Of a stretch of DNA of 64,000 bases, positions 55,101-64,000 are shown piece by piece. The stretch is from Eledone cirrhosa. Lineage: Eukaryota. Under the pieces are notes generated by a model. The model saw only the letters and a list, made by a program, of their open reading frames with translations, searched no databases and was not told the DNA's origin. Made by a program: the position numbers and the translations under genes. The stretch lies in NCBI GenBank assembly GCA_964016885.1, contig OZ024740.1:39060001-39124000 (forward strand). Reading direction: 5' to 3'. Every line of letters begins with the position of its first letter. Position 1 is the stretch's first letter.

Positions 55101-57600
55101 TTGTAACTATATAACAGTAGTATTGTAACTATATAACAGTAGTATTGTAACTATATAACAGTAGTATTGTAACTATATAACAGTAGTATTGTAACTATAT
55201 AGTGTAGTATTGTAACTATATAACAGTAGTATTGTAACTATATATAACAGTAGTATTTTAACTATATAACAGTAGTATTGTAACTATATAACAGCAGTAT
55301 TGTAACTATATAACAGTAGTATTGTAACTGTATGACAGTAGTATTGTAACTATATAACAGTAGTATTGTAACTATATAACAGTAGTATTGTAACTATATA
55401 TAACAGTAGAATTGTAACTATATAACAGTAGTATTGTAACTATATAACAGTAGTATTGTAACTATATAACAGTAGTATCGTAACTATATGACAGTAGTAT
55501 TGTAAGTATATAACAGTAGTATTGTAACTATATAACAGTAGAATTGTAACTATATAACAGTAGTATTGTAACTATATAGTGTAGTATTGTAACTATATAA
55601 CAGTAGTATTGTAACTATATAACAGTAGTAATGTAACTATATAGTGTAGTATTGTAACTATATAGTGTAGTATTGTAACTATATAACAGTAGTATTGTAA
55701 CTAAATATAACAGTAGTATTGTAACTATATAACAGTAGTATTGTAATTATATAACAGTAGTATTGTAACTATATAACAGTAGTATTGTAACTATAGAACA
55801 GTAGTATTGTAACTATATAACAGTAGTATTGTAACTATATAACAGTAGTATTGTAATTATATAACAGTAGTATTGTAACTATACAACAGTAGTATTGTAA
55901 CTATATAGTGTAGTATTGTAACTATATAACAGTAGTATTGTAACTATATAACAGTAGTATTGTAACTATATAGAGTAGTATGGTAGCTATATAGTGTAGT
56001 ATTGTAACTATACAACAGTAGTATTGTAATTATATAACAGTAGTATTGTAACTATACAACAGTAGTATTGTAACTATATAGTGTAGTATTGTAACTATAT
56101 AACAGTAGTATTGTAACTATATAACAGTAGTATTGTAACTATATAGAGTAGTATTGTAGCTATATAGTGTAGTATTGTAACTATACAACAGTAGCATTGT
56201 AACTATATAATAGTAGTATTGTAACTATATAACAGTAGTATTGTAACTATATAACAGTAGTAATTTAAATAATTAACAGTATTATCGTAAGTATATAACA
56301 GTAGTATTGTAACTGTATAACAGTAGTATTGTAACTATATGACAGTAGTATTGTAACTATATATAACAGTAGTATTGTAACTATATAGTGTAGTATTGTA
56401 ACTATATAACAGTAGTATTGTAACTATATAACAGTAGTATTGTAACTATATAACAGTAGTATTGTAACTATATAGTGTAGTATTGTAACTATATAACAGT
56501 AGTATTGTAACTATATAACAGTAGTATTGTAACTATATAACAGTAGTATTGTAACTATATAACAGTAGTATTGTAACTATATAGTGTAGTATTGTAACTA
56601 TATAACAGTAGTATTGTAACTATATATAACAGTAGTATTGTAACTATATAACAGTAGTATTGTAACTATATAACAGCAGTATTGTAACTATATAACAGTA
56701 GTATTGTAAGTGTATGACAGTAGTATTGTAACTATATAACAGTAGTATTGTAACTATATAACAGTAGTATTGTAACTATATAACAGTAGTATTGTAACTA
56801 TATAACAGTAGTATTGTAAATATATAACAGTAGTATTGTAACTATATAACAGTAGTATTGTAACTATATAACAGTAGTATTGTAACTATATATAACAGTA
56901 GTATTGTAACTATATAGTGTAGTATTGTAACTATATAACAGTAGTATTGTAACTATATATATCAGTAGTATTGTAACTATATAACAGTAGTATTGTAACT
57001 AAATAACAGTAGTAATGTAACTATATAACAATATTATTGTAACTATATAACAGTAGTATCGTAACTATATAACAGTAGTAATGTAACTATATAGTGTAGT
57101 ATTGTAACTATATAACAGTAGTATTGTAACTATATAGTGTAGTATTGTAACTATATAACAGTAGTATCGTAACTACATAACAGTAGTATTGTAACTATAT
57201 AACAGTAGTATTGTAACTATATAACAGTAGTAATGTAACTATATAACAGAAGCATTGTAAATATATAGTGTAGTATCGTAACTATATAACAGTAGTATTG
57301 TAACTATATAACAGTAGTATTGTAACTATATATAACAGTAGTATTGTAACTATATAGTTTAGTATTGTAACTATATAACAGTAGTATTGTAACTATATAT
57401 AACAGTAGTATTGTAACTATATAGTGTAGTATCGTAACTATATAACAGTAGTATTGTAACTATATATAAGAGTAGTATTGTAACTATATAGTGTAGTATT
57501 GTAACTATATAACAGTAGTATTGTAACTATATAGTGTAGTATTGTAACTATATAACAGTAGTATCGTAACTACATAACAGTAGTATTGTAACTATATAAC
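43200..57600. repeat. ~5,149-bp higher-order repeat (~2.8 copies, boundaries approximate)
   Basis: TAAAGGTAG at 44273/49422/54571, CAGTCGT at 46758/51907, GAAGC at 46887/52036 and GTTAAC at 48611/53760, all +5149. Confidence 0.9.
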
Positions 57601-59550
57601 AGTAGTATTGTAACTATATAACAGTAGTATTGTAACTATATAACAGTAGTATTGTAACTATATAACAGTAGTATTGTAACTATATAACAGTAGTATTGTA
57701 ATTATATAACAGTAGTATTGTAACTATATAACAGTAGTATTGTAACTATATAACAGTAGTATTGTAACTATATAACAGTAGTATTGTAACTATATAACAG
57801 TAGTATTGTAATTATATAACAGTAGTATTGTAACTATACAACAGTAGTATTGTAACTATATAGTGTAGTATTGTAACTATATAACAGTAGTATTGTAACT
57901 ATATAACAGTAGTATTGTAACTATATAGAGTAGTATGGTAGCTATATAGTGTAGTATTGTAACTATACAACAGTAGTATTGTAATTATATAACAGTAGTA
58001 TTGTAACTATACAACAGTAGTATTGTAACTATATAGTGTAGTATTGTAACTATATAACAGTAGTATTGTAACTATATAACAGTAGTATTGTAACTATATA
58101 GAGTAGTATTGTAGCTATATAATGTAGTATTGTAACTATACAACAGTAGCATTGTAACTATATAATAGTAGTATTGTAACTATATAACAGTAGTATTGTA
58201 ACTATATAACAGTAGTAATTTATCTAATTAACAGTAGTATCGTAAGTATATAACAGTAGTATTGTAACTGTATAACAGTAGTATTGTAACTATATGACAG
58301 TAGTATTGTAACTATATATAACAGTAGTATTGTAACTATATAGTGTAGTATTGTAACTATATAACAGTAGTATTGTAACTATATAACAGTAGTATTGTAA
58401 CTATATAACAGTAGTATTGTAACTATATAGTGTAGTATTGTAACTATATAACAGTAGTATTGTAACTATATAACAGTAGTATTGTAACTATATAACAGTA
58501 GTATTGTAACTATATAACAGTAGTATTGTAACTATATAGTGTAGTATTGTAACTATATAACAGTAGTATTGTAACTATATATAACAGTAGTATTGTAACT
58601 ATATAACAGTAGTATTGTAACTATATAACAGCAGTATTGTAACTATATAACAGTAGTATTGTAACTGTATGACAGTAGTATTGTAACTATATAACAGTAG
58701 TATTGTAACTATATAACAGTAGTATTGTAACTATATAACAGTAGTATTGTAACTATATAACAGTAGTATTGTAACTATATATAACAGTAGTATTGTAACT
58801 ATATAGTGTAGTATTGTAACTATATAACAGTAGTATTGTAACTATATATATCAGTAGTATTGTAACTATATAACAGTAGTATTGTAACTAAATAACAGTA
58901 GTAATGTAACTATATAACAATATTATTGTAACTATATAACAGTAGTATCGTAACTATATAACAGTAGTAATGTAACTATATAGTGTAGTATTGTAACTAT
59001 ATAACAGTAGTATTGTAACTATATAGTGTAGTATTGTAACTATATAACAGTAGTATCGTAACTACATAACAGTAGTATTGTAACTATATAACAGTAGTAT
59101 TGTAACTATATAACAGTAGTAATGTAACTATATAACAGAAGCATTGTAAATATATAGTGTAGTATCGTAACTATATAACAGTAGTATTGTAACTATATAA
59201 CAGTAGTATTGTAACTATATATAACAGTAGTATTGTAACTATATAGTTTAGTATTGTAACTATATAACAGTAGTATTGTAACTATATATAACAGTAGTAT
59301 TGTAACTATATAGTGTAGTATCGTAACTATATAACAGTAGTATTGTAACTATATATAAGAGTAGTATTGTAACTATATAGTGTAGTATTGTAACTATATA
59401 ACAGTAGTATTGTAACTATATAGTGTAGTATTGTAACTATATAACAGTAGTATCGTAACTACATAACAGTAGTATTGTAACTATATAACAGTAGTATTGT
59501 AACTATATAACAGTAGTATTGTAACTATATAACAGTAGTATTGTAACTAT
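55800..59550. repeat. ~1,889-bp tandem higher-order duplication (2 copies, boundaries approximate)
   Basis: TATCAGTAG at 56962/58851, GAAGC at 57249/59138 and TAGTTTAG at 57358/59247, all +1889. Confidence 0.85.
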
Positions 59551-62500
59551 ATAACAGTAGTATTGTATCTATATGACAGTAGTATTGTAACTGTATAACA
59601 GTAGTATTGTAACTATATAACAGCAGTAGTGTAACTATATAGTGTAGTATTGTAACTATATACCAGTAGTATCGTAACTACATAACAGTAGTATTGTAAC
59701 TATATAACAGTAGTATTGTAACTATATAGTGTAGTATTGTAACTATATAACAGTAGTATCGTAACTACATAACAGTAGTATTGTAACTCTATAACAGTCG
59801 TATTGTAACTATATAACAGTAGTAATGTAACTATATAACAGAAGCATTGTAAATATATAGTGTAGTATCGTAGCTATATAACAGTAGTATTGTAACTATA
59901 TAACAGTAGTATTGTAACTATATATAACAGTAGTATTGTAACTATATAGTGTAGTATTGTAACTATATAACAGTAGTATTGTAACTATATAGTGTACTAT
60001 TGTAACTATATAACAGTAGTATTGTAACTATATATAACAGTAGTATTGTAACTATATAGTGTAGTATCGTAACTATATAACAGTAGTATTGTAACTATAT
60101 AGTGTAGTATTGTAACTATATAACAGTAGTATTGTAACTGTATAGTGTAGTATTGTAACTATATAACAGTATTATCGTAACTACATAAGAGTAGTATTGT
60201 AACTATATAACAGTAGTATTGTAACTATATAACAGTAGTATTGTAACTATATAACAGTAGTATTGTAACTATATAACAGTAGTATTGTATCTATATAACA
60301 GTAGTATTGTGACTATATAACAGTAGTATTGTAACTATATAACAGTAGTATTGTAACTATATATAACAGTAGTATTGTAACTATATAACAGTAGTATTGT
60401 AACTATATATAACAGTAGTATTGTAACTATATAACAGTAGTATTGTAACTATATAACAGTAGTATTGTAACTATATAACAGTAGTATTGTAACTATATAA
60501 CAGTAGTAATGTAACTATATAGTGTAGTATTGTAACTATATAGTGTAGTATTGTAACTATATAACAGTAGTATTGTAACTATATATAACAGTAGTATTGT
60601 AACTATATAACAGTAGCATTGTAACTATATAACAGTAGTATTGTAACTATATAACAGTAGTATTGTAACTATATAACAGTAGTATTGTAACTATATAACA
60701 GTAGTATTGTAACTATATAACAGTAGTATTGTAACTATATAATAGTAGTATTGTAATTATATAACAGTAGTATTGTAACTATACAATAGTAGTATTGTAA
60801 CTATATAACAGTAGTATTGTAACTATATAGAGTAGTATTGTAGCTATATAGTGTAGTATTGTAACTATACAACAGTAGCATTGTAACTATATAATAGTAG
60901 TATTGTAACTATATAACAGTAGTATTGTAACGATATAACAGTAGTATTTTATCTAATTAACAGTAGTATTGTAAGTATATAACAGTAGTATTGTAACTGT
61001 ATAACAGTAGTATTGTAACTATATAACAGTAGTATTGTAAAATATATAACAGCAGTATTGTAACTATATAACAGTAGTATTGTAACTATATAACAGTAGT
61101 ATTGTAACTATATGACAGTAGTATTGTAACTATATATAACAGTAGTATTGTAACTATATAGTGTAGTATTGTAACTATATAACAGTAGTATTGTAACTAT
61201 ATAACAGTAGTATTGTAACTATATAACAGTAGTATTGTAACTATATAACAGTAGTATTGTAACTATATAGTGTAGTATTGTAACTATATAACAGTAGTAT
61301 TGTAACTATATGACAGTAGTATTGTAACTATATATAACAGTAGTATTGTAACTATATAGTGTAGTATTGTAACTATATAACAGTAGTATTGTAACTATAT
61401 AACAGTAGTATTGTAACTATATAACAGTAGTATTGTAACTATATAACAGTAGTATTGTAACTATATAACAGTAGTATTGTAACTATATAACAGTTGTATT
61501 GTATCTATATAACAGTAGTATTGTAACTATATAACAGTAGTATTGTAACTATATATAACAGTAGTATTGTAACTATATAAGAGTAGTATTGTAACTATAT
61601 AACAGTAGTATTGTAAATATATAACAGTAGTATTGTAACTATATAACAGTAGTAATGTAACTATATAGTGTAGTATTGTAACTATATAGTGTAGTATTGT
61701 AACTATATAACAGTAGTATTGTAACTATATATAACAGTAGTATTGTAACTATATAACAGTAGTATTGTAACTATATAACAGTAGTATTGTAACTATATAA
61801 CAGTAGTATTGTAACTATATAACTGTAGTATTGTAACTATATAACAGTAGTATTGTAACTATACAACAGTAGTATTGTAACTATATAACAGTAGTATTGT
61901 AGCTATATAGTGTAGTATTGTAACTATACAACAGTAGCATTGTAACTATATAATAGTAGTATTGTAACTATATAACAGTAGTAATGTAACTATATAGTGT
62001 AGTATTGTAACTATATAGTGTAGTATTGTAACTATATAACAGTAGTAATGTAACTATATAGTGTAGTATTGTAACTATATAGTGTAGTATTGTAACTATA
62101 TAACAGTAGTATTGTAACTAAATATAACAGTAGTATTGTAGCTATATAACAGTAGTATTGTAACTATACAACAGTAGTATTGTAACTATATAACAGTAGT
62201 ATTGTAGCTATATAGTGTAGTATTGTAACTATACAACAGTAGCATTGTAACTATATAATAGTAGTATTGTAACTATATAACAGTAGTATTGTAACTATAT
62301 AGTGTAGTATTGTAACTATATAACAGTAGTATTGTAACTATATAACAGTAGTAATGTAACTATATAGTGTAGTATTGTAACTATATAGTGTAGTATTTTA
62401 ACTATATAACAGTAGTATTGTAACTAAATATAACAGTAGTATTGTAACTATATAACAGTAGTATTGTAATTATATAACAGTAGTATTGTAACTATATAAC

Positions 62501-64000
62501 AGTAGTATTGTAACTATATAACAGTAGTATTGTAACTATATAACAGTAGTATTGTAACTATATAACAGTAGTATTGTAATTATATAACAGTAGTATTGTA
62601 ACTATACAACAGTAGTATTGTAACTATATAGTGTAGTATTGTAACTATATAACAGTAGTATTGTAACTATATAACAGTAGTATTGTAACTATATAGAGTA
62701 GTATGGTAGCTATATAGTGTAGTATTGTAACTATACAACAGTAGTATTGTAATTATATAACAGTAGTATTGTAACTATACAACAGTAGTATTGTAACTAT
62801 ATAGTGTAGTATTGTAACTATATAACAGTAGTATTGTAACTATATAACAGTAGTATTGTAACTATATATAACAGTAGTATTGTAACTATATAGTGTAGTA
62901 TTGTAACTATATAACAGTAGTATTGTAACTATATAGTGTACTATTGTAACTATATAACAGTAGTATTGTAACTATATATAACAGTAGTATTGTAACTATA
63001 TAGTGTAGTATCGTAACTATATAACAGTAGTATTGTAACTATATAGTGTAGTATTGTAACTATATAACAGTAGTATTGTAACTGTATAGTGTAGTATTGT
63101 AACTATATAACAGTATTATCGTAACTACATAAGAGTAGTATTGTAACTATATAACAGTAGTATTGTAACTATATAACAGTAGTATTGTAACTATATAACA
63201 GCAGTATTGTAACTATATAACAGTAGTATTGTATCTATATAACAGTAGTATTGTGACTATATAACAGTAGTATTGTAACTATATAACAGTAGTATTGTAA
63301 CTATATATAACAGTAGTATTGTAACTATATAACAGTAGTATTGTAACTATATATAACAGTAGTATTGTAACTATATAACAGTAGTATTGTAACTATATAA
63401 CAGTAGTATTGTAACTATATAACAGTAGTATTGTAACTATATAACAGTAGTATTGTAACTATATAACAGTAGTATTGTAACTATATAACAGTAGTATTGT
63501 AACTATACAACAGTAGTATTGTAACTATATAAGAGTAGTATTGTAGCTATATAGTGTAGTATTGTAACTATACAACAGTAGCATTGTAACTATATAATAG
63601 TAGTATTGTAACTATATAACAGTAGTATTGTAACTATATAACAGTAGTATTTTATCTAATTAACAGTAGTATTGTAAGTATATAACAGTAGTATTGTAAC
63701 TGTATAACATTAGTATTGTAACTATATAACAGCAGTATTGTAACTATATAACAGTAGTATTGTAACTATATAACAGTAGTATTGTAACTATATGACAGTA
63801 GTATTGTTAACTATATATAACAGTAGTATTGTAACTATATAGTGTAGTATTGTAACTATATAACAGTAGTATTGTAACTATATAACAGTAGTATTGTAAC
63901 TATATAACAGTAGTATTGTAACTATATAACAGTAGTATTGTAACTATATAGTGTAGTATTGTAACTATATAACAGTAGTATTGTAACTATATAACAGTAG

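Larger units (their letters stand above)
15341..64000. repeat. Uninterrupted 22-bp satellite array, segment 4 (~48.7 kb, ~2,200 monomers; continues beyond the right edge)
   Basis: Continuous monomers in a single orientation, with no non-satellite insertion seen and kb-scale higher-order periodicity of the variants. Confidence 0.98.

Noticed and set aside
1-64000. CRISPR array
   Set aside because: The monomers are contiguous with no unique spacers, and there are no cas genes.
1-64000. Telomeric repeat (TAAC motifs)
   Set aside because: There are no TTAGG/TTAGGG-type G-rich units. Collinear variant strings over many kb indicate recombinational amplification rather than telomerase synthesis.
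15341-64000. Monomer variants as an information-bearing code or a long repetitive CDS
   Set aside because: The 22-bp period shifts frame and contains TAA/TAG stops, and the ORF track is empty here. The variant order is explained by nested duplications.
1-64000. Pure sequencing or assembly artefact
   Set aside because: Structured, collinear variants with private differences between copies and coherent transposon termini argue for real DNA. Exact copy numbers still need read support.

Overview
About 95% of this window (~60.7 kb) is one AT-rich tandem satellite, so it looks like eukaryotic heterochromatin. The consensus monomer is 22 bp (TTGTAACTATATAACAGTAGTA), with 21-bp (…TATATAGTGTAGTA, …TATATAGAGTAGTA) and 24-bp (+TA) variants, roughly 2,700-2,800 monomers, all in one orientation. 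The array is interrupted three times (4650-6733, 12956-13405, 14620-15340) by copies of a single ~0.8-1 kb non-autonomous Helitron-type element on the minus strand. The element has a 5' TC(TA)n end, a subterminal (GTCT)n tract, an internal 37/16-bp minisatellite, a 3' GC hairpin followed by CTAG, and A^T insertion sites. The first cluster holds a composite with one 5' end and two 3' ends, which suggests 3'-end bypass. The two downstream copies share a junction with the first copy, so they were amplified passively with the satellite. Rare monomer variants reveal nested higher-order duplications of about 0.56, 1.9, 2.4, 3.1, 5.15, 8.3, 9.9 and 13.3 kb. I found no credible protein-coding gene, RNA gene or CRISPR array; all listed ORFs are incidental frames inside the element. 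I see no evidence for a new gene-encoded system. The interest lies in the Helitron/satellite interplay and the array architecture. Offsets were counted by eye from marker variants, and block boundaries are approximate.
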